From positions 1-64,000 of the IMG/VR virus record IMGVR_UViG_3300025039_000014: DNA of 64,000 nucleotides. One strand, written 5' to 3'. Each line of letters begins with the position of its first letter. The stretch's first letter is position 1. The notes under the pieces are model-generated. The model was not told the origin of the DNA. It saw only the letters and a program-made list of their open reading frames with translations, and ran no database searches. Origin of the DNA: a virus. The translations under genes were made by a program, and so were the position numbers. Shown here piece after piece: positions 10,545 through 20,241 of the stretch.

Positions 10545-10606
10545 ACGAATTGATCTCTGAAAGCGTCCCTCTCGGGCGCTTTCTTCGTTTAGGGGGAATC
10601 ATAGCC

Positions 10607-10810
10607 ATGAAGTGGATTGCTACGCTGATCCTCGGAGCCTCTGTCCTGCTTATCGGGGCAGGACTCATGCCGCTACCCGCCATCGCCGGAGATCATGATG
10701 GCTGTGACGACATCGACATCGTCGAGCCGCCCTTTCCCGAGCCTTTCGACGACGATCCCTTTCCCGAGCCATTCGAATTCCCCGAGCCCGCCCCCGAAGA
10801 GACTGACTAA
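10607..10810 (+). CDS. small exported acidic Pro-rich peptide
   Basis: signal peptide MKWIATLILG...AIA followed by (P)FPEP repeats. Confidence 0.55.
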   Translation: MKWIATLILGASVLLIGAGLMPLPAIAGDHDGCDDIDIVEPPFPEPFDDDPFPEPFEFPEPAPEETD

Positions 10811-11478
10811 GCCACGTCGGCCATCAGCCACACCAAGCGACCCAGCACTCGCACTCGCTCTGGCCAGTCGGCCTCCAGTTCGACATCGGGCGACTCCTGT
10901 CGAGCCGAAATCGAAGCCTTCAATCGCAGCCGACCGCCGGGCATCCGCTGTAGATATTTCACCTGCAAGACGCCCTCATGATCGATGGCGAACATCTTGT
11001 CCTCTCGGTGAGACGTGTCGCCCTGATCGATGACGATCATGACCCGCTCCAGAAAGGGCGAGAAGACGCTACCAGGGACCGATGCTGCCGCAACCTGACT
11101 TCGACTCAGCTGACGCTGGTGAAGCACGCTGAGCGGCACAGAGGCGGTTTCCATCGAGTTGACCACTTTGAAGATGCCCGACTGTTCAGAGACCTGACAC
11201 TCGATCATCAGGGGCACCTCGACGTGCGAATGCCAAAAAGCGCTGATCTGCTGCTCATCGGCATTAGCATCCAGCCAGCGATTCTCGAGGCCGATTTGCT
11301 TTTCGATGTCTCGCGCCAGCGTCTCGCCGATCTTCTTGCGGTGCTGACCCTGAGATAGACAACGAGAAATGTAGCCAGCGCTGCGACCAACCGCTTTGGC
11401 CAACCGCGTCTGTGATCCCTCAAAGCGCTCAACCATCAGGCGGCGCAGGTTGATTTGGCGAACGTCGCAAAGGCTCAT
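10807..11478 (-). CDS. CI/LexA-like repressor (HTH + S24 peptidase-like domain)
   Basis: SQTRLAKAVGRSAGYISRCL HTH; C-terminal LQVKYL...VLGRLVW. Confidence 0.85.
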   Translation of the reverse strand: MSLCDVRQINLRRLMVERFEGSQTRLAKAVGRSAGYISRCLSQGQHRKKIGETLARDIEKQIGLENRWLDANADEQQISAFWHSHVEVPLMIECQVSEQSGIFKVVNSMETASVPLSVLHQRQLSRSQVAAASVPGSVFSPFLERVMIVIDQGDTSHREDKMFAIDHEGVLQVKYLQRMPGGRLRLKASISARQESPDVELEADWPERVRVLGRLVWLMADVA

Positions 11479-11560
11479 GGCTAGCTTAGTTGGACTGTTT
11501 GGTCAGTATAACCATACACTTACATTAGACCATTGTAATGAGAATGAATTTACTCATACC

Positions 11561-11582
11561 AGTAAGTAAGTAATGACTTACC
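11561..11582. promoter_or_regulatory. GTAAG-palindrome operator copy
   Basis: AGTAAGTAAGTAATGACTTACC. Confidence 0.8.
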
Positions 11583-11647
11583 ATCGCTTCATGTATAAGC
11601 TAAAGATGTCGGAACGCGAGTGTTCCGAATCACCACCGGAGCAATCC

Positions 11648-12181
11648 ATGTCGAGTGAAGTTCAGAACCTGATCGATGCTCACCAGCTCAAGGCCGATGT
11701 CGCGTTCAACGCCACCGATCTCGATGCGATGTGGGCGAGCCAGGCCGCGCTCTACGTCCGCTATGGCGTTCTCGCAGCCCGCGCTGAACACCAAAGCAAT
11801 GCGTTCAAGAACCGTCTTGCGATCGTCGAGGCGGAGTTGGGCAAGGAAGCTCGCGATGAGCTGCCGAAGTCCGGCGTGAAGGTCACTGAGGGCACGGTGA
11901 CGGAATACGTGCAGAGTCACGATCGCCGTCTCAAGGCATTCAGCGACTACAATCGCTCGATCCTCGTCTTCAACCTGTCGAAGACCGCTCTCGAAGCCCT
12001 TCGCCAGCGGCGAGACATGATCGTGCAGGCATCCAAGCATCATCTGGAGCAGGCCGTCATGCGCGGAGACTTCAAGGGTGGCGCCGTTCCGGCCGCTCGT
12101 GCGGAAGAGCGCAAGGCGATGCTGGAAGGACTCGAACGCCAGTCCAAGCGCGAGCAGACTATGGAAGAGTCAGAGGGCTAA
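11648..12181 (+). CDS. UvsY-like recombination mediator
   Basis: helical protein with KVTEGTVTEYV...ALEALRQRRDMI; lies before the SSB and RecA genes. Confidence 0.6.
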   Translation: MSSEVQNLIDAHQLKADVAFNATDLDAMWASQAALYVRYGVLAARAEHQSNAFKNRLAIVEAELGKEARDELPKSGVKVTEGTVTEYVQSHDRRLKAFSDYNRSILVFNLSKTALEALRQRRDMIVQASKHHLEQAVMRGDFKGGAVPAARAEERKAMLEGLERQSKREQTMEESEG

Positions 12182-12208
12182 GAATCGGTCTTTTCTTATT
12201 CCTCTAGT

Positions 12209-12230
12209 AGTAAGTCATAACTTACTTACC
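12209..12230. promoter_or_regulatory. GTAAG-palindrome operator copy
   Basis: AGTAAGTCATAACTTACTTACC. Confidence 0.8.
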
Positions 12231-12240
12231 ATGCAGTAAT

Positions 12241-12296
12241 GCCGCTATCGGCGGCTCGATATACCACCGACAACGCCGCTATCAGCGGCTCGATAT
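12241..12296 (+). repeat. duplicated 22 nt hairpin unit in the SSB leader
   Basis: GCCGCTATC(G/A)GCGGCTCGATAT at 12241 and 12275. Confidence 0.8.
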
Positions 12297-12312
12297 CACT
12301 GAGGATTCACCA

Positions 12313-13368
12313 ATGGCAGCAACAAGTTCACTGGCCGACCTGAAAGCCCGCATGGGTCAGCGCAAAGCCGATCAGGCCGCGAAAAAGGCTCAGTTCATCC
12401 GTCCCTTCCGCTTCCCCACCGGCAAGACCCGCGTTCGTCTGTTGCCGGGCTGGAATCCGACCGATCCGAACACGTTCTGGCATGACTTCGGCATGCACTA
12501 CGTCAAGGACAAGGACAACAAGCTGGCTGCCGTCTACATCTGCGCCGACAAGACCTACCAGCGTGATTGCCCGGTTTGTTCCGCGATCTGGGAAGGCATC
12601 CGGGCATCCAAGGATACCGGCAACACCAGCATGGAGAAGCTGCTGGGTCAGGCCAAGTCGACCGCTCGCGTGCTCGTCAACGGTCTGGTTCGTGATGGCG
12701 AAGAGCCCAACAAGCCGCAAGTCATCGAACTGCCTTCTGGCGTGTTCGACGCAATGGTCGAGCAGATCACGACCTTCGCCGACGACGACGTCAACATGCT
12801 CGATCCGAAGGAAGGTCACGACTTCTTCGTCACAAAAACCGGTTCCGGCCTCGATACCGAATACTCCGTATCCACCGCACCGAAGGCGACGGAAGTCACC
12901 TATGACGTGGCCGCCGTCACCGATCTGAATGCCTACTGCTCCCAGGAATCGGATCAAGGTCTGCTCAAGGCGACGGGTGCCGTCACGGCTGTCACCGGTC
13001 TGGCTGCTCCGGTCGCGCTGACACATTCGTCCGTGAAGACCGGAACGACGGGCGCCTTCATGACACCGCCGACTGCTGCCGCTGCGGGTGCGGGAGCTGC
13101 GGGTGGCGCTGCGCTGCTGCACGAAGCATCCGAGCCCGACGAAGACCTGGCGGCCGATCTGGAAGGTGAGCTGGCTGATCTCGAGGGCGAGATCGAAGGC
13201 GAGCTGGTCGAGGACGACGTGCCGTTCGAAGTCGATGAGCCGAAGCCAACGCCCAAAGCGAAGGCGGAAGCCAAGCCGGCACCGAAGCCCGCCGAAGACC
13301 TGGCCGATGAGATTGCCGGCGTGCCTGATGATCTGGACGACATTCTCGACGGTCTCGACGGTATCTGA
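12313..13368 (+). CDS. T4 gp32-like single-stranded DNA-binding protein
   Basis: RVRLLP, H..C..CPVC Zn ligands, KTGSGLDTEY, acidic C-terminal tail. Confidence 0.8.
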   Translation: MAATSSLADLKARMGQRKADQAAKKAQFIRPFRFPTGKTRVRLLPGWNPTDPNTFWHDFGMHYVKDKDNKLAAVYICADKTYQRDCPVCSAIWEGIRASKDTGNTSMEKLLGQAKSTARVLVNGLVRDGEEPNKPQVIELPSGVFDAMVEQITTFADDDVNMLDPKEGHDFFVTKTGSGLDTEYSVSTAPKATEVTYDVAAVTDLNAYCSQESDQGLLKATGAVTAVTGLAAPVALTHSSVKTGTTGAFMTPPTAAAAGAGAAGGAALLHEASEPDEDLAADLEGELADLEGEIEGELVEDDVPFEVDEPKPTPKAKAEAKPAPKPAEDLADEIAGVPDDLDDILDGLDGI

Positions 13369-13380
13369 TCCCGCCCATCC

Positions 13381-13410
13381 GAAAGGGGCTCTGCGGAGCC
13401 CCTTTTTTCT
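13381..13410 (+). terminator. intrinsic terminator
   Basis: AAAGGGGCTC-TGCG-GAGCCCCTTT followed by Ts. Confidence 0.8.
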
Positions 13411-13422
13411 GGAGACTCTTCC

Positions 13423-14382
13423 ATGCGCCAACTGTTGTTCGACAGTCACGCGATTGGTTACGCAGCACAGGATGGGACGAAGCTCACCGTCGGCGACCGC
13501 GAAGTGCAGTCCATCTTCGGATGCCTGCGTTCGGTGCGACGCTACGTGCGTGATCTCAAGGCCCGTCCGGTGCTGCTATGGGACGGCAAGGCCAAGTGGC
13601 GTTACGAGCTGTTCCCCGACTACAAGGCCAAGCGCGGCAAAGAACCAGACCCCCGTCTGCAACACATGCGTGCCTGTTTCCGCGATCAACGCGAAGACAT
13701 CAAGCGCGGCCTCGGCCTGCTCGGGGTTCCCTCGATCTATGCCGAAGACTTCGAAGCCGACGATTTGGCCGGCTACATGGTCCGCCAATACAACGCAAAG
13801 GGCTTTCAGACGTTCCTCGTCACCGGCGATCACGACTGGAAACAGCTGATCGGCGAAAGCGTGACCTGGGTCAATCACAAGGATGGCCGAATGGTCCACG
13901 CCTCCACCTTTGCGGAGAACACGGGCTATCTGACGCCGGTGGCCTTCGTTCAGGGCAAGGCGCTAGTCGGCGATCAATCGGACGAGATCCCCGGCGTTGG
14001 CCGGATCGGCGAGAAGTCAGCGCCTACCGTGCTGGCGCAATACGGAGACGTGCCGAACTTCGTCGCCCGCATCCGTGATGACGTGGCCAACAAACGCAAG
14101 GTGCTGAAAGCCTACCGCGACTTCGCGATGGGTGTGCCGTCACCGAAAGAACCCGAGATGACCCGGCTGGAAGTGTTCAAGCGCAACGTCCGGCTGATGA
14201 ATCTGCTGACCGGTCCCTCGCCGACCGGCGTGCAGGTGCTGCACCGCAATGCGATGGACCTGGATGCCTTTCGGGAGTTTTGTCGCGAATTCGCCTTTAA
14301 CTCGATCCTCAACGACTTCGACAACTTCGTCGAACCGTTCGTGGACTTCGCCTCACCCTCTTCACTCAGGAAAGCCTCATGA
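13423..14382 (+). CDS. 5'-3' exonuclease / flap endonuclease
   Basis: WDG, PDYKAKR, FEADD, TGDHD, GDQSDEIPGVGRIGEK. Confidence 0.9.
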   Translation: MRQLLFDSHAIGYAAQDGTKLTVGDREVQSIFGCLRSVRRYVRDLKARPVLLWDGKAKWRYELFPDYKAKRGKEPDPRLQHMRACFRDQREDIKRGLGLLGVPSIYAEDFEADDLAGYMVRQYNAKGFQTFLVTGDHDWKQLIGESVTWVNHKDGRMVHASTFAENTGYLTPVAFVQGKALVGDQSDEIPGVGRIGEKSAPTVLAQYGDVPNFVARIRDDVANKRKVLKAYRDFAMGVPSPKEPEMTRLEVFKRNVRLMNLLTGPSPTGVQVLHRNAMDLDAFREFCREFAFNSILNDFDNFVEPFVDFASPSSLRKAS

Positions 14383-15431
14383 GCCTCGATCTCGCCAAGG
14401 AAATCGCCGGTGCTATCGGCAAGAACGACGATGTCTCCACCGTCAGCATCTGGATCAATACCGGGTTCCCGCCCCTTAACCGGATCGTCAGCGGACGCTA
14501 CGACGGCGGCATGCCATCGGGACGTGTCATCGAACTGTCCGGCCCGGAATCCTCGGGCAAGACGGCGATCGCTAACGAATGCATGAAAGCAGCCCAGGCT
14601 GCCGGCGGTATCGCTGCATTCTGGGACCACGAGCGCTCCTTCGACACCAACCAGGCAGAGCAGTCCGGTCTCGACGTGACCCCCGGCCGCTTCGTCTACA
14701 AGAAGGGAATCACCTACGAACAGACGGTGGTCGAAACCCGCAACCTGATGAAGATCGTGCGTGACAAGAAGCTGATCCCTAAGGAAGCGCCGATGGTCAT
14801 CGTGTGGGACTCGCTGGCCTCGATGGTGCCGCAACAGATCGCCGAGAAGTCGGCTGACGCTCTCAACATGAACGACAACACCGCCCTGGCTCGCGCTACG
14901 TCGGCATCGTTCAAGCTAATCGCCCAGGCGGCGGACGATTACAACGCCCTGGTGATCGTGCTCAACCAGGTGCGCACGAAAATCGGGGTGATGTTCGGCG
15001 ACCCGACAACGACCCCTGGTGGCGAGGCGATCAAATTCTACTCGTCAGTGCGTATCCGCCTGGGCCGCACGATGATCAAGAAGTCGGCCACGGACTCCAC
15101 GAAGGTCGGCCAACAGATCGGCGCCGAGTGCATCAAGAACAAGGTCAGCGCCCCCTTCCGCAAGTGCAAATGGAACTTCATGTTCAACGAGGACGGCACC
15201 GGACACTTCGATGTCGAAGGTTCGCTGGTCGAGTATCTGTGCGAGCACGAAATCATCGAGGCCGGCGGCAAGAAGTCTGCCTACTGCCACTGGAACGGCG
15301 AGAAGATCACCAAGAAGAAACTGGCGGGCATGATCCGAACCGATCCGGCGACTCAGGTAGAGATTCAGAAGCTGTTGGACGGCGCAGCGGTCGACGACAT
15401 CACCGTCGAGGATGATTCTTCTGATGAATAG
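14379..15431 (+). CDS. recA: RecA/UvsX recombinase
   Basis: GPESSGKT, NQVRTKIGVMFGDPTTTPGG, KNKVSAPF. Confidence 0.92.
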   Translation: MSLDLAKEIAGAIGKNDDVSTVSIWINTGFPPLNRIVSGRYDGGMPSGRVIELSGPESSGKTAIANECMKAAQAAGGIAAFWDHERSFDTNQAEQSGLDVTPGRFVYKKGITYEQTVVETRNLMKIVRDKKLIPKEAPMVIVWDSLASMVPQQIAEKSADALNMNDNTALARATSASFKLIAQAADDYNALVIVLNQVRTKIGVMFGDPTTTPGGEAIKFYSSVRIRLGRTMIKKSATDSTKVGQQIGAECIKNKVSAPFRKCKWNFMFNEDGTGHFDVEGSLVEYLCEHEIIEAGGKKSAYCHWNGEKITKKKLAGMIRTDPATQVEIQKLLDGAAVDDITVEDDSSDE

Positions 15432-15511
15432 GCGCTTAACGCCTTGATTCGCTAGCTGCCTCAATCACTGGGAACGTATAGTCATGCGAGTGCGACAACT
15501 GGGACATTGGC

Positions 15512-16102
15512 ATGACTATCGAATTGAAACGCGCTCGTTGGGTGAAGCGCACGGAAGACAACCGCTTCACGATCGAGACTGCCGCGGAAAAGAAACGCGA
15601 GGTAATGCTGTGCGACACCTGCGGTATTCACGAGCAGTGCCCCGTCAAGCAGATGATGAACCGCGCCGAGCACTTCGTGACGCTGTCGGTTCGCCACTGC
15701 GAGAAGTATATCCCCAGCATCGGGTTCATGCCGCCCATCGTCGGTGTCGAGCGAGCGTTCAACACGCTGCGCGTCGGCCGGGGCTGGTTCGATCGACTGC
15801 GTGCCGGCGACAAGGTTGCTCTGGTCAACACCAGGACCGCCCTGCCCGAAGGCTACGCCGAAGTCGTGCGCCTGGATCATGGCGAGTATTCGCCCATGCT
15901 CAAGAAACACGCCTCGTTCAACCATGCTGCGCTGGAGAAGCCGGAAGGTGTAACGGCCATCGATCACATCGGCAAGATCATGCAGCAGGCACACGGGCAC
16001 TTCCTCAACGAGCAATCGACCTTAACCGCTATCTATCTGCGGAGGCTTGTCGATGTTCGAGTTAGGACCAAAGCACAAGCTGGAGCTGGTCAAGAAGGGT
16101 AA
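15512..16102 (+). CDS. Cys-rich protein with possible ASCH/PUA-like domain
   Basis: CDTC..C..C followed by FNTLRVG...AGDKVALV. Confidence 0.55.
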   Translation: MTIELKRARWVKRTEDNRFTIETAAEKKREVMLCDTCGIHEQCPVKQMMNRAEHFVTLSVRHCEKYIPSIGFMPPIVGVERAFNTLRVGRGWFDRLRAGDKVALVNTRTALPEGYAEVVRLDHGEYSPMLKKHASFNHAALEKPEGVTAIDHIGKIMQQAHGHFLNEQSTLTAIYLRRLVDVRVRTKAQAGAGQEG

Positions 16103-16460
16103 GCGTCTCTACGGCGCCATCGTCACGCTCGACTCCGGTCAGCGCGTCTACATGGCGTATCGCAAGCATTCCGAAATCTACCGGGCCGGCGAGGCGCGTC
16201 TCTCAGAGGCGATGAAGAAAGGCATCGCCGCCTGGGCCATGGATAATGACACCCTGCGCGTCATGCGAGCCCACAGCATCAACGTCGTGGGCGTCTTTGT
16301 CCGCGACACCAATGAGCGCTACGTCACCGCGATCGACAACTACTTCGACCGCGACAAGATCAAGGTGCTCAACTACACCGCCCGTGGCGGTGCCCTCCAG
16401 CGATACCTGCCGCTGAGTTATTTCAGCCATCGAAAACCCGCAATTACCAAATTGCGCTGA
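16053..16460 (+). CDS. hypothetical phage protein
   Basis: GGAGG RBS; basic 135 aa ORF. Confidence 0.7.
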   Translation: MFELGPKHKLELVKKGKRLYGAIVTLDSGQRVYMAYRKHSEIYRAGEARLSEAMKKGIAAWAMDNDTLRVMRAHSINVVGVFVRDTNERYVTAIDNYFDRDKIKVLNYTARGGALQRYLPLSYFSHRKPAITKLR

Positions 16461-16538
16461 TTCAACCCCTCGATCCTTCGCGTGATACTTCATTCAGTAA
16501 ACGTTGAATCACAAAACGATACGATCGAGGGAACCCCC

Positions 16539-16919
16539 ATGAAACGCAAGAAACTCGCCATCATCACAGCATCCACCGTCGTTGCACTCGGCCTGGGGCT
16601 AGGCGCTGCTTACGGCGGACTGTTCATCTACGTCAAAGGGCTCTATCTCCCCTACACCAGCGACGAATCACGCCAGTGCCTTACGGTAGCCGAGCGCTTC
16701 GAGGACAAGAGCAGCTTGGATATCAACCAGATCATCGGGCCAGAAAATGGCAGCGAAATGGCGATGGTGCATTACCACACCGAAACCCAATTGGGCCTGC
16801 CTGCCGAGCGTGTCGCCGCGTGCTATTTCGATGGTCCGAATGGGATGCGTGCAGCGAACATATCGACCTTGAAGAACGGCAAGATCATCGACGACATCAC
16901 TCTCGATCTCACCCGCTAA
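16539..16919 (+). CDS. membrane-anchored/exported protein
   Basis: MKRKK followed by a hydrophobic N-terminus. Confidence 0.6.
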   Translation: MKRKKLAIITASTVVALGLGLGAAYGGLFIYVKGLYLPYTSDESRQCLTVAERFEDKSSLDINQIIGPENGSEMAMVHYHTETQLGLPAERVAACYFDGPNGMRAANISTLKNGKIIDDITLDLTR

Positions 16920-16967
16920 TCTTCATCGATCAAGCTGCCTTGGGCGGCTTCGGTATCTCGCGCGCTA

Positions 16968-17022
16968 TCAGTAAGCATTTACTTACTGACAACCTGTATA
17001 GAGTAAGTCATTATTTACTTAC
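16968..17022. promoter_or_regulatory. tandem pair of GTAAG-palindrome operators
   Basis: TCAGTAAGCATTTACTTACTGA and AGTAAGTCATTATTTACTTAC. Confidence 0.8.
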
Positions 17023-17043
17023 ACATGCGCGAGAACCCTCCCA

Positions 17044-18114
17044 ATGACATACGGCATCATTTCTGACACCCACTTTCACTCGTGGTCCCAGTTCTCAACG
17101 ACCAACGAAACTCTGGTCAATTCGCGGCTCCAGATTCTCATCGACGAGACACGCAAAGCCGCACAGCACATGAAGGACCAGGGCTGCGAAGCGATCTTCC
17201 ATTGCGGTGACATCTTCCATGTCCGGGGTCGCGTCGCCCCTTCCGTGCTGAATCCGGTCGCCGATCTGTTCCGCGAGATCATCATGGATATCGGCCTGCC
17301 GGTGTTCCTGCTCGCCGGCAATCACGACCTGGAGTTCGAGGATGCCAACCGCATCGGCAACAGTGGCGAAGCACTGTCTCGTGTGGGCCTGAAAGTCGTC
17401 TCCGAAGAGCCCTTCTTCGAACACACCCATCACGTCCTAATGGTGCCCTGGCATGCCAAGCAGAAGGCGCTGCTTTCAACCATCGAAGAAGCCAAAGCCC
17501 GATTGCTACCGAGCGAGGTCGCGGACTGGACATTGATGATCCATGCGCCAGTCAACGAGATCATCCCCGGCCTGCCCGATCACGGTATCGATCCTGACGT
17601 GTTGGCCGGTCTCGGCTTCAAGCACGTTTTCTCGGGGCACTATCACAACCACAAGGAAGTTCGCCCGAGCGTCTATTCCGTCGGCGCCATGACGCATCAG
17701 ACCTGGGGCGACATCGGATCGATGGCCGGTTACCTGATGGTCGATGGTGATGGCGTTCGCCAATACGTCACCGATGCCCCGCAGTTCCTCGACATGGCCA
17801 ATCTCGAAGAGGACGAATTCGACCGCATCGCCGGCAACTACGTGCGCGCCAAGATCGAGATCAGTAAGGAGCGCGAGATTGGCGAGTTCCGCGACATGCT
17901 GGTCAACGAGCTCGGCGCCACCGCTGCATTGATCCTGCCGACGCGCACCGGAGCCACCGTCACGCGCACCGGGGCGGTGAAGGCCAACATGGATCGCCTC
18001 GAAGATTCCATCACCCATTTCATCAAGGACAGCACCACGATCCACGCCGACATGAAGGACGACGTGAACGCCGAAGTGCTCAAGACTCTAGCGGAGACCG
18101 ACCATGATCTTTGA
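17044..18114 (+). CDS. Mre11/SbcD-like nuclease (gp47-like)
   Basis: SDTH, GDIFH, GNHD, GHYH metallophosphoesterase motifs. Confidence 0.9.
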   Translation: MTYGIISDTHFHSWSQFSTTNETLVNSRLQILIDETRKAAQHMKDQGCEAIFHCGDIFHVRGRVAPSVLNPVADLFREIIMDIGLPVFLLAGNHDLEFEDANRIGNSGEALSRVGLKVVSEEPFFEHTHHVLMVPWHAKQKALLSTIEEAKARLLPSEVADWTLMIHAPVNEIIPGLPDHGIDPDVLAGLGFKHVFSGHYHNHKEVRPSVYSVGAMTHQTWGDIGSMAGYLMVDGDGVRQYVTDAPQFLDMANLEEDEFDRIAGNYVRAKIEISKEREIGEFRDMLVNELGATAALILPTRTGATVTRTGAVKANMDRLEDSITHFIKDSTTIHADMKDDVNAEVLKTLAETDHDL

Positions 18115-20017
18115 GCGCCTGATTATCGAGAATTTCCTGTCGATCAAGGAGGCATCGGTCGAACTCAATGGCCGCGGCCTGCTGCTGATCCAGGGCGTGA
18201 ACCGTGAGAACGGTGGCGCTTCGAGCAACGGTGCCGGCAAGAGCTCGGTGGTCGACGCCGTGTTCTGGACGCTCTACGGCAAGACCGCACGTGGAATCGG
18301 CACTGATGAAGTGGTCAACGACACGGTGGGCAAGGACTGTCGCGTCTCGCTGTTACTCAAGGATGGCGACGACGAATACCTGATCACGCGTCATCGCAAG
18401 CACGCCAAAGGCAAGAATCGTCTGGTCGTGTTCATGAACGGTAAGGAGATCACGTCCGGCACCGATAAGCAGACCCAGGAGCAGGTGAATAAGATCATCG
18501 GTTCGACCGAGTCCGTGTTCGCCAACTCCGTCTATGCCGGGCAGGAAGCGATGCCGGATCTTCCCAACCGCACCGACAAGGAACTCAAGTCGCTGGTCGA
18601 GGAAGCCGCCGGGATCGATCGTCTGAATCTCGCGTATCAAGCCCAGCTCAAGAAAGCCTCGACACTCAAGACCGAAGTGATCGCCTCGGAAGCGCAGCTC
18701 GACAAGCTCAACGATCGCCTCGTCAACGCCGAAAACCAGCTCACGCGCTATCGAGACGCCGACAATCAGTGGGGTATCGATCGCGGGATCAAGGCCAAGA
18801 AGATGCGCGGCGAAATCGAAGGTTGGAAAGCAGCCTTCGAAAAGCTCGAGGTGGCCAGCGTTCTCGCTCGCAAGAAAGACCTCGAGGCCCAGGCCGAAGC
18901 GATCAAGGCCAAGATTGCAGCCACCGATGCCGAGCGCGAGAAGCTGACCACGCTGGAACGCGAAGCCACCGCCGCAGATACCGCCGTGAAACTCGAACAG
19001 AGCAAGGTGACGTCCGCCGGCGAGCTGGTCAAGAAGCGCAAGGCCGAACTGGAGAACGTCGAGAAGCTGGTCGGCACGCCCTGCTCCGAATGCGGCAAGG
19101 ATTATGCGGAACATGACCTCGACGACGTGCGCAAGCTGCGCAAGCAATCCCTGATCGACGCCGTCGCATCCTACAAAGCACTCAGGACATCGCTGGGAGA
19201 CGTCGAGAATCGCTCCACAATCGCGCAGGAGACGCTTACCGACTTTAGAGCATCGATGACTAACGTCAGCGACGAAATCGACGCAGAGCGCAAAATTCGA
19301 AGCTCCCTGTTCGATATCCAAGGCGACATCACCAGCGCGACGAATCTCAAGTCACAGGTGACCAATGGCGTGAAGACGCTCAAGGCGCTGATCGCGGAGT
19401 CGAGCCCTTACGTCAAGATGATCGCCGACGAGGAAGTTGCCCTTGAGGGTCACAAACAGGCGATCGTCGATCACCAGGAAGCGTTAGATGCGCTGCGTCA
19501 CCGGCATCTGGTCTCGATGAAGGCCGCCGAAGTGCTCTCCACCTCCGGCGTGCGGGCGCACATTCTCGATCACGTCACCCCGCTGCTCAACGATCGCACC
19601 AGTCACTATCTCGGCCAACTCTCCGAAGGCGAGATCGGCGCGACCTGGCAGACGATCAACGCCACCAAAGCGGGTGAGCTGCGCGAGAAATTCGCCATCA
19701 ACGTCACCAACACCAAAGGCTCGCAGTCGTTCGGCGGACTCTCGGGTGGCGAGAAGCGCAAGGTTCGCATCGCAACGGCGATGGCCCTGCAAGACCTGGT
19801 GTCGACTCGAAGCTCCAAGGCATTGCCGCTGTTCATCTTCGACGAGATCGATCATGCGCTGGATGGCGACGGTCTCGAGCGGCTGATGTCGATCATCAAG
19901 GAGAAAGCCAGCAGCACGAGCACCGTGTTGGTGATCTCGCACAACGACCTGAACCACTACATCACCGACACCCTGACCGTCATCAAGGAAGACGGATTCA
20001 GCCGGGTCGAGGCGTGA
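18104..20017 (+). CDS. Rad50/SbcC-like ATPase (gp46-like)
   Basis: NGAGKS, CSECG zinc hook, LSGGE, FDE, ISH. Confidence 0.92.
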   Translation: MIFERLIIENFLSIKEASVELNGRGLLLIQGVNRENGGASSNGAGKSSVVDAVFWTLYGKTARGIGTDEVVNDTVGKDCRVSLLLKDGDDEYLITRHRKHAKGKNRLVVFMNGKEITSGTDKQTQEQVNKIIGSTESVFANSVYAGQEAMPDLPNRTDKELKSLVEEAAGIDRLNLAYQAQLKKASTLKTEVIASEAQLDKLNDRLVNAENQLTRYRDADNQWGIDRGIKAKKMRGEIEGWKAAFEKLEVASVLARKKDLEAQAEAIKAKIAATDAEREKLTTLEREATAADTAVKLEQSKVTSAGELVKKRKAELENVEKLVGTPCSECGKDYAEHDLDDVRKLRKQSLIDAVASYKALRTSLGDVENRSTIAQETLTDFRASMTNVSDEIDAERKIRSSLFDIQGDITSATNLKSQVTNGVKTLKALIAESSPYVKMIADEEVALEGHKQAIVDHQEALDALRHRHLVSMKAAEVLSTSGVRAHILDHVTPLLNDRTSHYLGQLSEGEIGATWQTINATKAGELREKFAINVTNTKGSQSFGGLSGGEKRKVRIATAMALQDLVSTRSSKALPLFIFDEIDHALDGDGLERLMSIIKEKASSTSTVLVISHNDLNHYITDTLTVIKEDGFSRVEA

Positions 20018-20241
20018 GCGCGATGACACTGACCCAACCTCAACTTGCCGGGCTGAAATGCCTGGCATCCGGCCCCGGCGACTACTTCGACCTGGCACGC
20101 GTTGGCGTGCGAGGTCCGACGATTCATTGGCTGATCAATCAGGGCTTCGTCATGGTCGACATCAAGCAGGGCCTCAAGACCTACGTGATCACCGAGGCTG
20201 GCCGCGTGAAGCTGGCTGACATTCAGGTGGCAATACCATGA
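20014..20241 (+). CDS. small winged-helix-like protein
   Basis: LINQGFV...ITEAG pattern. Confidence 0.5.
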   Translation: MSAMTLTQPQLAGLKCLASGPGDYFDLARVGVRGPTIHWLINQGFVMVDIKQGLKTYVITEAGRVKLADIQVAIP

